Positions 11,401 through 22,690 of a DNA stretch of 64,000 nt are shown here, piece after piece. The position numbers were made by a program, and so were the translations under genes. The stretch lies in assembly GCA_000091205.1 (NCBI GenBank), contig AP006493.2; one strand, written 5' to 3'. Position 1 is the stretch's first letter, and every line of letters starts with the position of its first letter. Under the pieces are notes generated by a model that was given only the letters and a program-made list of their open reading frames with translations, was not told the origin of the DNA and searched no databases. Source of the DNA: Cyanidioschyzon merolae (lineage: Eukaryota).

Positions 11401-13046
11401 TCTGGTTGACAGCGCTTGAGGAACTGGCACCGTGGATGCCGCTGTATGTTCTCGCCCGGCGGTTTCAGGACGTGTTTCGACAGCGACTTTCGACCGTCAT
11501 GGAGATGCAGTGTGCCATAAGCGTCGCCAAGCGACTCGTTGACTCGCTGCTTGCCATACTGCAGGCGCTGGACCGAGGCCTCGCCGCAGCCCAGTCCTTG
11601 AAAGAGCAACCGGAACAGCAGCAGCACCAGCGACAAGTAGGTTATGCGATGGAGCCTCAGGCTTTATCGCTTTTCCGCGGCACGCTCTTGAATATGCTGC
11701 TCTGCGGATGTGTGCCCATTCCGAGCAAGGATACTCCTGACACTCCAGTTGATTCATATGCACCGCATCGACACGCTTCAGCTGAGCAGCGCAGCGCTCG
11801 TTGCCAAAGCCTGCGTAGTGCCCTCCTCGTTCTGGTGGATGGCTTGCAACCGCTGGAGAGCGCTGGACCCCCGATATTCTTTGGCAGCCACTTTGCTGCC
11901 ACGAACAGACCGCAGTATGCTGCCTTGGGATCGGACGCAGCCGGCCCAGTACCGGACCTGAGCCCTGCCCTGTACCTCGATACGCGTCTTGTTCGGCAGC
12001 GCCTCCTGTGGGTCTATATGCGGGCGCTCTGCATCTGGCCTCGAACAGCATCGAATGAAACGCTGCGGAGCCGCTTGCTCGACACACTTTCCCGTCTCTT
12101 CGCCGAAGCTGGGACCGGTTTGCAGCTTGAACCGACTGCTGTGAACGGGCTGTCGTCATCCCGCGGTTCCATTGTGAACAGTGCGTTGCAGAGTCTGCTG
12201 GAAATTGAGCAGCGACTTGAGCGTCATGCACTGGGATCGGTTGCCGCGGACCCCTGCGCGCTATCCAGGGCCTGTGACGCTGCCTACGTCCTTTGGCTCG
12301 TAGACGAGCGGGAACATGCACCACAGGACGAAGCGGTGCAACGGAGCAACTTGCGAAAGCGTCTCTGGCGCTGGGAGCTGAACGCTTGGCATTGCGAACA
12401 GCGAGCCGCTACAGCGCTGAATGATCTAAGAGACCTCGAGTCGTTGCATTTGTTTTCCCAGTACCTGCGGTGTCTGGTGAGTGGGGATCACCAACGAATA
12501 TCCCTGATCGAGTACCTGGATGGCACTCTTGGTGAGCAGCTACGCGAAGCCCTGGACGAACCAAATACACAGGCGCTACTCCCGATTATATTACCAGCGA
12601 GTCTGGTACCGGATTTTTGCGCTTGTATGTCGCAGGATGCTCATCGTCGAGCGCTGTTGATGCTCTTTTGGCAGCACCTCTACACGGCAACTGTTGCTGG
12701 TGGTGCCTCTATCCACCTGGAGGGGCTTCCTAATCCCGCGTACTGTGAACACGTTCTCCTTACCTACGGGATGATATTGGAGACAATTGAGCCTCAGTCT
12801 GGGCTGTCCTGGCCCGAACATAACGGCTCTCTAGAACTGGCGCTTGGCCAGTGGGTAGCAGACGGCCTACCATCAGGTGTGACCACGAACGCACTCGTGG
12901 CGATACTTTCCGAAGAGCTGCAGCGACTCGTGCGCAGGATTCATCAGCGCTTGGCTCATGGTGACCAGACGCCTTTGGTAGCATCCGCTTGTGCTCGAGA
13001 CACCGTCCATCCGCAGGGACAAGAGCACCAGTCGGGTGGTTCATAA
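8412..13046 (+). CDS. Large hypothetical protein (1544 aa) with no recognised domain.
   Basis: A 4.6 kb uninterrupted ORF in GC-rich DNA. Antisense ORFs inside it (for example 11497-12324) are interpreted as GC artefacts. The start codon is uncertain. Confidence 0.5.
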   Translation: MPNETPLSIVQTLFLERFRCVVEGIKQLYDVRGGRQAASASASNESSDGTPPGCYGWLLWLSGTGIPKVLPALKWHVGLRQFAMQTLCDDHLMPLVLSLEATQPRDCGCPTHPDASSAMDCCSCCYCWIGAVVSILDCFATGQVALSVRPEKNEKRRSPDIRGPLMCPHREPSTPWPLSECAASYATFWQSMIRHVERALVQVESVTDKATLAGEEHEALPQRLFHQTQDDSVTLYASHGTAPVGRSKRMKYAGASHEDEAAGDQTIAPDSSDLAVTGRTFTTSGHDQLACSIQETTYLDCLPDTARRRTSPGTHHRDALQPEPDQQRHNIYLTWEPISHEYVADDRPAVHSGGSVSEPSCPRAERSWLSGRATGTGTCSADAWSAISAASSPGRASSTTRERLHPIIGALIWRLVTSTATPMKSNKFPARRENVAPAFRASRFGAEQHRACSARSSHNRSAKSIHEGVSSLQAITDPSKRLGSDPLKSRSRKTAQSLDPTLVSDPSIQQMSTQKLSIVSVERSMYARVAALVALLECLQDRDHVLVSGAMHPKVYPLINSFLCELVTSWERSGNRVGLTALVPYQAALQQKPSCDPAGPFSRKLFLSIIAAILRGTVQDLRQTVHQFLDSSGDTQALRLERGKQVIQDVRFLQQSLEHIRCRMVDLEATPKAPNETLMEPRLSESTPTIASLLEADIHCLMTLWEQLETRHQQVLCADSHSALDIGTRLTSFGETGTRNQHSRSHEDDGDCVGISISSSSSGERRIGCAPCGKPARSLPGSVAQRVAQLLFEVAQRRGLDASMTALHRFASRSGAPWLETLEVLLRGPQRIASSPESWTLWYKMCFELPRVFNSVERLAGKLLLDKFLKRCSAELVIDEQQEPALVLNSLRRYLEAFRRAESSSSVSGQRDLPSQMDGMLPDLERLTAVVVRGSFAAAQGCASKPPEMTWSVAETLFVNVLTPTLQPLPCWTPLEPVAGSAVLSSTQQTSCEAFQLWLTALEELAPWMPLYVLARRFQDVFRQRLSTVMEMQCAISVAKRLVDSLLAILQALDRGLAAAQSLKEQPEQQQHQRQVGYAMEPQALSLFRGTLLNMLLCGCVPIPSKDTPDTPVDSYAPHRHASAEQRSARCQSLRSALLVLVDGLQPLESAGPPIFFGSHFAATNRPQYAALGSDAAGPVPDLSPALYLDTRLVRQRLLWVYMRALCIWPRTASNETLRSRLLDTLSRLFAEAGTGLQLEPTAVNGLSSSRGSIVNSALQSLLEIEQRLERHALGSVAADPCALSRACDAAYVLWLVDEREHAPQDEAVQRSNLRKRLWRWELNAWHCEQRAATALNDLRDLESLHLFSQYLRCLVSGDHQRISLIEYLDGTLGEQLREALDEPNTQALLPIILPASLVPDFCACMSQDAHRRALLMLFWQHLYTATVAGGASIHLEGLPNPAYCEHVLLTYGMILETIEPQSGLSWPEHNGSLELALGQWVADGLPSGVTTNALVAILSEELQRLVRRIHQRLAHGDQTPLVASACARDTVHPQGQEHQSGGS

Positions 13047-16000
13047 TGGTGCAGCCGGTCCTGGTTCGCGCCAAAGCGTAGCTAGATCTTTTGCATTCAC
13101 AGGACTGGTATGCTTCAGCTCATCGCGAGGTTTGCGCAGTGCTCAAGGACCACAGAGGACCTTGGTGTGCGTTAGTGATGCTTTGCGTGCATCTCGTCTT
13201 TTGGACTGGAGCCTTTTTCTGGGACGGACAGCCTCGCTGCATCAATGTTGCTGTTGAGCGGAGCAATCCGTGGCACACTCTGGTCTTGTATGATCGACGC
13301 TTGTAGGCAGGTCTCCTCTCGTGGTGCCAGCACGATCGCCGAGGGCACTTCAGCAACAAGGTCGTCTATTTCGTGGCGGTATTCTCGAGCACTCGACAGG
13401 ACCCGATAACTTGTTCCTGATACCGACACCCTGCTTTCCTTAAGCACATGCTCGTTTTTGAGAATGCGACATCTGCGTCTCTGGTGCTTTTTCGTGCAAT
13501 GTAGAATCTATGCATCTGTCGATAATTTTGCTCTGGAAATGCGCGCTCCGGCGTGGTGTTGATGCTGGTTAACAGGATCCGGTTTTTTATGTTGCAAAAT
13601 AAATGAGTCTGACCAGAACTCCACGAAGGTGCAATTGCTATTGCTAATCAGGCTAGACAACAGTGTCGCTCGTCAGGCACGCCCACCTTACCCAAACCCA
13701 GACCTGGATTTTCGTCGGGATTAGAGACGAGAACGATACCGTAATTCTTCGGATGCATGGTTACGTCCAGTGCGTGACGCTGTAATAGCAGTTTTATCTG
13801 GGTCCGCCTAGTCTCCTGCAGTCAACATCCGCTCACAGGGACCTGGTGTTCACCATCGCTCGCTCATTGCCCGAGACGCTCCGAGTGTATTGGCGAGCAG
13901 GTTTCCCCAGCATACATGTGCCAACCGCAATGCTCGTGAATCCACCGCCACAAGTAGATCAAGTGCAGCGACCTGGAGATCATCCTGCTCGATGAGCGAT
14001 GCTCCATTTTCAAGCTGATGGATCGCGATGGCTTGCTTTCTCGTTTCTTCAAAAATGTTAGGGATCGCTCGCATCTCGCTTTTGTTCAAACGAATGCCGT
14101 ATGCTCTGCATTATCCCGGATGAGCTAAGACGGGTTCCAAGCAGTCGGGTAGGCGCGTGTGCGTCTCCTGGGGTCCTTGGAAGATGCAAAGGCGCAAAAT
14201 CGCTCCTGCAGCGAAGCACGGTTGGTGACATTCATGTCCTTGCGCACGAAAGAGACGCACAAACCTGCAACGCCCTGGATACAACCCTGCTGCACAATGC
14301 TGAAACGTCCTGCTCTTGAACTCGAGCCGATTTCGTTGTGGCAATTGGCAACCCGGGTCCGCCTGAACGCAAGCAGCATTGTTGTTTCTCGACACTGCGG
14401 GATCAAGCTTCGAGTCGTGCTTGATCGACCATTCGGAAGAGCACAATGAGTGCGAACCAATCTGGCTGCTTGTTATCGAATCTATCGATCTGGGCATTCT
14501 ATCCAGGTCGTGCTTCGATTCGCAACCTGAGCGATTTGCTGAAAGAAAAGCGTCAGTTTCAGCGCACCGAACGAGAAGGGCAACGCATCCCAGATGCTTT
14601 ATACACACGGAATAATATCGAATAACGGAACACCGTTGTCGATCAGGTATTGCCCAGGAAACCCGTTCCAGGAGTGTTGATAAATAGACAACATTCGAGC
14701 CTTTCTGAATTTCCGGACAGTGCCACATCAGCTCCTGCGCTCATTCATGAAGCCAATACCCTCTATCCTGGCCACGAACGTTTCTCTCGCAAAGCTTCAG
14801 ATTTTCAGGGCAATGCCTGTGCTGCGTACGAAACCATTGCATGGAAAGTTCGCTCGACACAAAACTTCTGGACGCTCCGGACGCAAGAGATACTTCCAGA
14901 TATTGATTGAGGCATTCAAGTACAGGTGCAGAAAGTGCTTGTGTGCTTGGTTACTAGATGAATCACTACGTAGCAAGCCTCTCACTATCGTTTTCACCGC
15001 CATTTGACGTTAGCTCACATTACTGGACACCATACCTCGCATCCATCGCTATCTCACGCTTCCCTGTTCTACCAGTTTCAACATGCACCCGTGCTCTTGC
15101 TGCGTGTATGTCGTCTTGAAGCCATTGACGGCACTCGAGCGATGCCGATTCCCGCATTCGTTGTATGCTCTCGTCGATAGCGGAGGAGGTTTTGCTAGCA
15201 CGTTACAAAACGTCCAGTTCCATAGATTACTTTAAAAAAGACATGATTCATACCTCATTTCCATTTCAAAATCATTACAGGAAACGGAGAATAATCGGTT
15301 CTCGCCTCTGTACAACTGTAACTAGTGACGACACAGACACCGTCGTACGCTCTCCTGCCCGAGATCACCTGCATGAGCTATTTGAACACTCAAGTACATC
15401 CGGGATGAAGTACACAACGCACTTATCTCTGCTTGATAAGCTGCCCAGAGTTTCTAAATCGGCCTTGAAGTCGTCATACCGCCAGGCGGTATGCCTCCTG
15501 GCAACCAGAATGACCGACTCCAGATGATACAACGCTTTGGAACAAGAGCGCTGCTTCATCTGCTGTACATTCAGGTTGATGGATCGGTCCTCATGCGTTA
15601 TCGCGTTGGCGACGGTCGTGGTATTCATAGTCCCGGGATCCACGCTCATAACAAGTCGTTCTCTTGATCTGGATTCAACCCTTTTGAAAATGAGTCTTCG
15701 TGCTCAATTCAGACCTAGATTTTACAATGAATATGTAGAACGATATTCCATCCGCCCCTATGGTCCATGTAAACAAGAAAACTAAAACGAAATTCACCCA
15801 CGCGCTTCGCGAACTTGTGCCAATGCTTCGTGCTCGCTCGTCGAAACGAACACCCTCTTCTTTCCCTTTGCTCGGCCGGATGGTATGGATTTGGTCGTCG
15901 TACCTTTTTTTCCGTATGTTTGCCTTGTGATTCAGATGCACGAGACCAACGGTGGCAATGAACCTTGCCTTTTCTACGTATGTTTGTACCTGCAACGATT

Positions 16001-17257
16001 CCAGTGCATTTTCATCAACTTCCGCTACCCGCGCACGCGCACACAGACCGATACGCCCCCTTTCGCATGCTCCCGCACACGAACTGACGAGGAACATACC
16101 AGGATAAGGCTGTCGAAGGCAGAGAAAGCCTTGGCGTAGAACAGTGTCAAAGATGTGAACCGCTCTTTGCCTGCGCGTCGAGCACGAAAATGGCGTAACG
16201 GTAACAGCGGAGACACCTTCGACTGGATGGAGTCACGGGGGAATACACTGGCACGAATAGCACCGCATTGGTACTCTAAGCTGCGCACTCCTCATCCTCT
16301 TACGCGTCACGGAAAGCTACAATATCTAGCAGTAGGATAGGAGGAGACGAGAACGAAAAAGGTCATGAAGCGTGCTTCGATAGAGGATGATGTATTGATC
16401 GATCCTGCCGGTTTGTTCATTTTATTCGTGTCCACAAAATTGAATCGTCGCATCGGCGGACGTTTCTGGAATGCTTGCATGTTCCTTCTTTACGAAGAGC
16501 AGCTCGAGCATGTTTAAACACCTGTACACATCTCTAGCATGTGTGCCAAATTAGATGTCATCAAAAGTGAGAAACACGTGTACCACTTGATAAGAGCAGT
16601 CGTGTTTTCGTTCGAAATCTGGAGTGTGTTATTCAATGCCCAGGGCGCTCCCGCAGAAGTGTGCTTTTTCCGCAATGCGTCCGTGTCTCTTCATCGCCAT
16701 CCATATAAACGGCACGAACTTGCACAACCTGTTTCAATTTCACTAGATTTTTTTCATAGAGAACGTATGTAGTGGAAGGGATGGACCAGGACACAATCGT
16801 ACAATTAGACTTTTACATGTTCTAGTTTCGGTGCACAACGTCCAGGATATGGGCTGCGATAGCCTGGTGTTTCATGCACCCGCTAAGCATAGAATGAACG
16901 ACTTGCACAAGGAAGGCCGCTATTCCGCCAGCTACCAGCTGGCAGCATAACGTCTCCCCACGACAAATCTCTAATTTCCGGGATAAATGTTTACTGCAGA
17001 ATACATGCAAGAAAAACAAGAGAAAACAAAAAGTTCGTGCACATACCTGTATTTCATGATTGAATGCCCTGCGTAGAACGACCAAGTGTCATGCTCCGTA
17101 CGCCACGCGAAACAACCCAATACCCCGGGCGCCAAAGTGAAAACAGCATCATCCAAGCGAAGCAAGACGTTTCCGTGTTCTCTCACCAGACGCTAAATCC
17201 CAGCATCCTGGCAAGAAAGTAGAGCAACACTTTTACACTGATGTTGCTTGCGAAAAA

Positions 17258-19279
17258 CTAGCGCCAAATGCGCCGGCACGCCTGCCCAACACTACGGAGT
17301 ACCTTTCGGGCCTCGGTGATTTCCCACTGGACGCTGTGGCGTGCAATGTCAAGTGTCTCAACCACAAGGCTCCAAAGATGCAACCAAAAACGCAGCACAT
17401 ATGCAATATAATCTACACGTTTGTTCAGCCAGCTAAGAACGAAGCTGATACATCCAACGAGCAGCACCAATAACCCGAGTGCCACGAGACGGACGACGAG
17501 GCCTTGGCAGCGCTCTAGGACCGCACTCCACATGGTTGAACGCTGTGCGTGCTTCTCGCCGCGCCCCGAAGCGCTCGCTGGCAGCGAAAGCCAAAGTTTC
17601 TGCACGGAACGCCTCCGCTGCAGGCCACGGAGCGCCTGACAAGCCGGTACACCCGGTATATGCGTTGACCGATCGATCCAGCTGGGGACCGAATCCAGCG
17701 GATGACGCTGTGTCACCTCTATGTCCGCTTTGCATAGAACCTCTTCTGCGATGCTCGGTAGCTTCCGGGTCGAAATGCGTTCTAGTTGTTTGCGAACAAG
17801 GAATGCCAGCATTTCTTGGCGGTGCTCTCGAAACTTGGGGCTCACTTGGTGTCGTTTCAAAAAGCCATCCCAGTTGGTCTCAATGAGTCCAATGCGTCGA
17901 GCGATTAGGTGCTTGACGCGTGCAGCAAAAGCTGCTGGGGTTTCTTCGGGACGCCGCTGCTGCGGCTCCAGATAATATACATCGCAGACAACTGCCCAGG
18001 ACGTCATGAGCGCGAAGAGATGCGTAAGGAACACCTGCCTGGCGCTGTTCCAGAATACATCAGCGTATGCTTTGTTGTACTTGATCGCAACTGGGTACAC
18101 AAGTGCACCAAGCTCGAAACTACCCTTCTTAAACATGATGCAGTACTCGTTGTTGACACAGGTGCCCTCAGGAAAGACCAGCACTGGTTCATGCTCACCA
18201 TTTTGAACGTGTTCTTGAAGTAAGCGCTGTACAATACGACGATCATGGCCTTCCTCGCGATCGAACCAAATGTGATTCTGTACGAGGCTCATGAGATCTT
18301 GGATGCGACCGGCGAGTCCCCCATGACGTTGTCCGATTGTAGAGAACGGATAATCCTTGATCATGATCGCCAAATCAATCAGAGACGTGTGATTTGCGAC
18401 GTAGATCTGGTTAGGTCGGCGACGAGGACGCTCACCATGGTAACGTACGAGCCCGCTCCATGAGGCGACCAGCGTCGAAGCGAGGAAGCGAATCAGCTGC
18501 TTCTGGAGGTAGACCTTGAACCGCGTCCGCCTTCGCAACAGCAAGTGCACGAGCGTGAATCCAGTTGAAAAAATGGACACGCCAACGATGAGGATGCCCA
18601 GTCGCAGAGGAAATAGGATCCCATAGCGAATGAAGATACTAAACAACCAGATCGGCCAAAGAATGATAGGAACTGGAGTTGAACGTGTACGTGTCATGAG
18701 GTTCCATACTCTGGGTGCACTGGACTCGAAGCACTTTGTCAGCGAGTCACCAGCCATGGCACCGACGGCCTCGGCGAGCGGCGGCACCACGGCAATAAGC
18801 GGCAGAACAGCACGTTGTTGTCGAGCACCGGCAGCGTGGGTGCGTATGCGCGTGTTTGTGTACTCCTCAGTCCGATCGGTGAGGCAGGCCTCGTCGCCGA
18901 TTACATCGAACAGACCTCGGATAGCGTCGTAGGATTCCCACTCGCCTAGTCCGCCGAGCTCGAGCTCGGAGTGCAGCCGCGAGAGTCTCCGCTGGAGGTC
19001 ACCCTGTGGGCCGCTTTCACGGTGCAAAGATACCGAACTTGTGTCTGATTGGCCAGCGTTCTGGTAGTTAGAAGCTGTACCACTCTCAGCGGCAGCAGCA
19101 GCAGGGCCCCTGTCTGAAGCGAATTCGGAGACGCATCGGCTAGGATCAGTTTCTAGCTCCTGCTGATGCTGCTGCCAACGCCAACCGGCTGCACGCTCGC
19201 CATAGATAACCCTTGATGTCAAGTCGAGCCCCCAGATATACAGCTGTCGGATCAACGACCAGTTGCGTACAAAAAGCAT
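17258..19279 (-). CDS. Glycerol-3-phosphate acyltransferase of the ER GPAT3/GPAT4/GPAT9 type (LPLAT family).
   Basis: Acyltransferase motif I NHTSLID and motif IV FPEGTC. Extended similarity to GPAT3/4 through VYPVAIKY...FWNS...MTSWAVVC...WDGFLKR, with predicted TM helices. Confidence 0.85.
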   Translation of the reverse strand: MLFVRNWSLIRQLYIWGLDLTSRVIYGERAAGWRWQQHQQELETDPSRCVSEFASDRGPAAAAAESGTASNYQNAGQSDTSSVSLHRESGPQGDLQRRLSRLHSELELGGLGEWESYDAIRGLFDVIGDEACLTDRTEEYTNTRIRTHAAGARQQRAVLPLIAVVPPLAEAVGAMAGDSLTKCFESSAPRVWNLMTRTRSTPVPIILWPIWLFSIFIRYGILFPLRLGILIVGVSIFSTGFTLVHLLLRRRTRFKVYLQKQLIRFLASTLVASWSGLVRYHGERPRRRPNQIYVANHTSLIDLAIMIKDYPFSTIGQRHGGLAGRIQDLMSLVQNHIWFDREEGHDRRIVQRLLQEHVQNGEHEPVLVFPEGTCVNNEYCIMFKKGSFELGALVYPVAIKYNKAYADVFWNSARQVFLTHLFALMTSWAVVCDVYYLEPQQRRPEETPAAFAARVKHLIARRIGLIETNWDGFLKRHQVSPKFREHRQEMLAFLVRKQLERISTRKLPSIAEEVLCKADIEVTQRHPLDSVPSWIDRSTHIPGVPACQALRGLQRRRSVQKLWLSLPASASGRGEKHAQRSTMWSAVLERCQGLVVRLVALGLLVLLVGCISFVLSWLNKRVDYIAYVLRFWLHLWSLVVETLDIARHSVQWEITEARKVLRSVGQACRRIWR

Positions 19280-19559
19280 CCCAAACTTTTCCAGAAGCGA
19301 GGCGTGTCTCGCTACTCAAGCCTAGACTGACTATGATCTCCAAAACCCCACCAAAGCCGCGTTATCTACGAAGAGCGCAGTGATAAGAAACTAGTAAAAG
19401 ACGGTTTCGGTTGAGCCAACAGACTAGAAAGAAAACGCAACAAAGTCGAGGACGCGGCGTCTCAAAGCAGCAACAACGGGGTCTTCCAGCGCCACCGAGA
19501 AGGCCCTGCCTAAGTGCGCTGTCTTTCCAAAACACCCGCAGTCGCTACCTGAGCACCAA

Positions 19560-22500
19560 AAGAAAACAGTCCCGAAAGAGTTGATGTGGATCTGTGTGTA
19601 GAAGCAGGCGGTATCGTCTAGGGAAAGAAAAACGGAATTCGATGACGCGATTTGTCCAGCGTTGCGCGCGAGTCGCGAAACGTCGTCCTTCAGCTGAATT
19701 CCGTTCCATACCCGCTGCGTTGTATCACAGGAGATCGAAATCCGGATGCAATGTACTCTATAGATCGTGGACGAATTGCCTGAAGGACATATATTCCTTA
19801 CTGTACAGTGCAGGGGCGACTCTATTTCTCCTCCGGGTGAGCCTTAACACAGTATTCAGATGCGTGAGGAACGCGAAAAGAAAGAATCAGATGTGCTCCG
19901 CGTCGAAAACTAACATTCTCAGAGCGTGCTTGCGGTCAATGGTAGAAAACGGACCATTGATCACCGCATGGAGACCAAAAGCGACGAAAGCAGCTACCAT
20001 GGGTGTCTCTGTTTCTCAACAGCTTGTTCGCGTGGTCCTGAAATCACCCGGATAAAGTCGTAAAAATGTCCAATCTCATTCATAGCTATCATCTACCGAA
20101 ATTGCAGCGACAGCGTTCCTCGAACGTCGCTGTCGGTATAGAGCACAGGGACGTCGATTTGTTTATTCAGTCGATGATGGCTCCTTCGGATGACACGGTC
20201 GGAGCGTAGACGGGTATTCGCAGAGAAGGTGCCCGTTGAATGTGCGGTGGAACTCGAACAGAACGACGACATCAACTGTTCTGACTGCAGTGGATTCTTT
20301 TCCCAGCCTGAGTGTCGCTCATAGAAATGGATATGCAAGTCGAGGATCCCAGAGGCCCGGTGTCGCCTGCTGCCGGAAAACGGAAAGCTGTACCTAGCAA
20401 AGGGGAACAGGAGAAGACCAAGATGCAGAAGTAGGATGCGAAGCGTCAAAAGCAATTCGAAAGAAGACTGTATGACTAGACGGTGGTGGGAGCCTTGCTT
20501 CTAGGCGCTATCAAGGACCACTACCAGCGAGACTTGTAGGAGGCCATGAGAAACGTTTTCGTGTCTTACTCCAAGAAATGTATGTAACGCTTGTTTAGAA
20601 ATGAGGCATTTGGTCGAGTTTTACAATGACTCACGGACATCAACACAGTCGCGGTTCCGAAGGGATTTTTCAGCAGGATCTTCATTCGTCACCTGATGCT
20701 TGGAACAGGGAAATCTTCGACGAAAAATGAGGGAGTACATGCTCTCCAGCAAAATTACGCCCAATACCGCTTCAGCGGCATTCGAGACAGGGACGACTCA
20801 GATACTTACACGGATGATGCAATGAGGAACCTCACGCACCCGAGGAACTATATGATCGTGAAACTCGTAAGTTTCATGATACGCTGCATCATTGCGCTGT
20901 ACCCGGGCCTCTCTTGCAGTGGGATCCGGGCCATCATCAACGACATAGTACACGATCTCCGGAATGAACGGAAGATCGAAGTAGTCGACAAGAAAGACAT
21001 CACGCAGGAGAAGGAATGAAGCATCTGTTTCTCGTGCGACTATTCAAAAGTACCGTGCGGTTCTGGGGCTGGCGAATCCAGCAGAAAAGGTATCAGGTAT
21101 GAAAAAGGATGGTATCATCTCATCCTAAGCTACTTCGGATACCTGAACTGAGAACGAGTACGCCAGACAGAGATGGAGCTGAGTTCGGCGAAAAAATGAG
21201 TTGGAGAAACGGAAGGCTGCGCTTCTGGGGAAGCGCTTCAACGTCGTTCCGTTGTGCACCGTCAAGTCACACTCTGTGACTATCGACTCCAGAGTCCTTC
21301 ACGGCATCATGAAGAAAGAACGTTTCGAGCTCGATGTTAGCAACAAGGAATTCACGGGTGGAAACCAGGAGACGTACTGGAAGAGTATTTTCGATTTCAG
21401 ACGTCTCAAAATGAGCAAGAAAGAGGTACTCACTGGAGTAATCGAAATCGATGGAGCAGCCATGTGTGTACACTATCGGTGCTTCAAGGAGGCGGATCGT
21501 CCTGATCTGTCTTCGATATCGCACTTGGTGGAGCTTGAAGAAAACAAAGAGACGGATACTGCGACGCAGAAGGTACAGAAGAACGACTTTGTCATTGGCG
21601 CTGGTCCCGGGAACACGCAAATCGTTACCACGACTGCTCCCAAGTATGAGGAAGATGGCGCTGGTGGCAACTTGCGTCAGAAAGACATGCGACTTTTGAG
21701 GTTCTCAACAGCGAGATATTATCGAGAATCGGAAAAATGAATGTGAGGAAACAATTTGAGACATGGAATGCAGGAGTGAAAGCGCATTTGAGGCGATCAG
21801 CCAGGTGACTAGCCGTGGAGCGAGCTTTGGAGCTTTTCGGGTATTCATGAAAGTTAGCGTTCCTCACTGGAGAGCGCTGTAAAAAGAGTATACAAAGCCC
21901 CAGTGGGCTCGTCTGCGTGTGAATCTGTACTATGGGAAGCAGCGTACATTTGCCAACTTTTTCAATGAGTTGAGCGCCTTTAACAAGCACAAGGGTCAGA
22001 GGCTCGTAGTATCACAGCGAGCATGATGCTGGATGGCCCAAAAAGGGACTACGCCAGCTCCAACGTCAAGAACGTACAAGGAGTGTGCACGGCGTTTTGT
22101 CAGGATACCGATATGTGAGTACCGAACGTCATACGTGCACCATGAGCTGGGGTGTACACTTCAGAGGGTCGAGCGGGAAAAGTGCCAGCGGGCCCTGAGG
22201 ATCTGCTCAAGTACGGAGTGCTGACGGGGCAGGAAATGGCACGGATGGCATGTGTTCGAGGACTACTTGCATTGGTGATTACAACCAATGGCAAGAAACG
22301 TGTGGAGTTCTTGAACAGAGACTTGAACGCTGCTATCAATATAAGGAGATGTGCGGTGATGGAGAAGAGACCTGCAGCTCTAACAAGAGAGAATTTTGTG
22401 GGAGAACCTCTCAAGGTGGAATTATATTTGAAAAAGTTGAAACTAGAAGTAGGCGGCCGGTCCAAAAAGGCTGAAAGGCGTCATCGCATGGACGTCCATT

Positions 22501-22690
22501 TACTCTCCATGGTTATGATACATATTTGCTGCACTATCGGCGACCGGGCAGCTTGTGATAGCTTACGTCTCAGAGAGGCTTGTGAAGGTTGTAATACTGT
22601 TTTAAACTTTTTACTGGAAAGGTTTTCGGGGATCACTTGCGCAGTGCTTCGTTTTACGTGGAGCGATGAGTGCTTCTAGTGATCTCAGCC
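19560..22690 (+). pseudogene. Fanzor/TnpB-like RuvC nuclease gene relic (E2, the most complete copy). It has multiple frameshifts and a mutated RuvC-I aspartate.
   Basis: RuvC-I-like [19 protein letters not shown] at 21582-21626 (canonical GIDPG reads GAGPG; the D codon at 21603-21605 is ggt). This is followed by [14 protein letters not shown]. RuvC-II / Fanzor-type PICEYRTS is at 22108-22131. RuvC-III EFLNRDLNAAINI is at 22305-22343. The motifs lie in three different reading frames (ORFs 21201-21740, 22033-22224, 22152-22679), and no CxxC zinc ribbon is left. Confidence 0.5.
20005..20047 (+). other. Second copy of the conserved 43-nt block (pairs with 664-706).
   Basis: GTCTCTGTTTCTCAACAGCTTGTTCGCGTGGTCCTGAAATCAC. 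It sits in the 5' part of relic E2, and the surrounding homology to E1 begins near 19710. Confidence 0.35.

Noticed and set aside
22115-22164. A 50-nt GTGAGT...TTCAG candidate spliceosomal intron inside the Fanzor-like relic.
   Set aside because: Splicing it out would delete the conserved RuvC-II EYRTS motif, which is encoded across the putative donor. It also produces an in-frame stop in the tested joinings. The frame breaks are better explained by decay.
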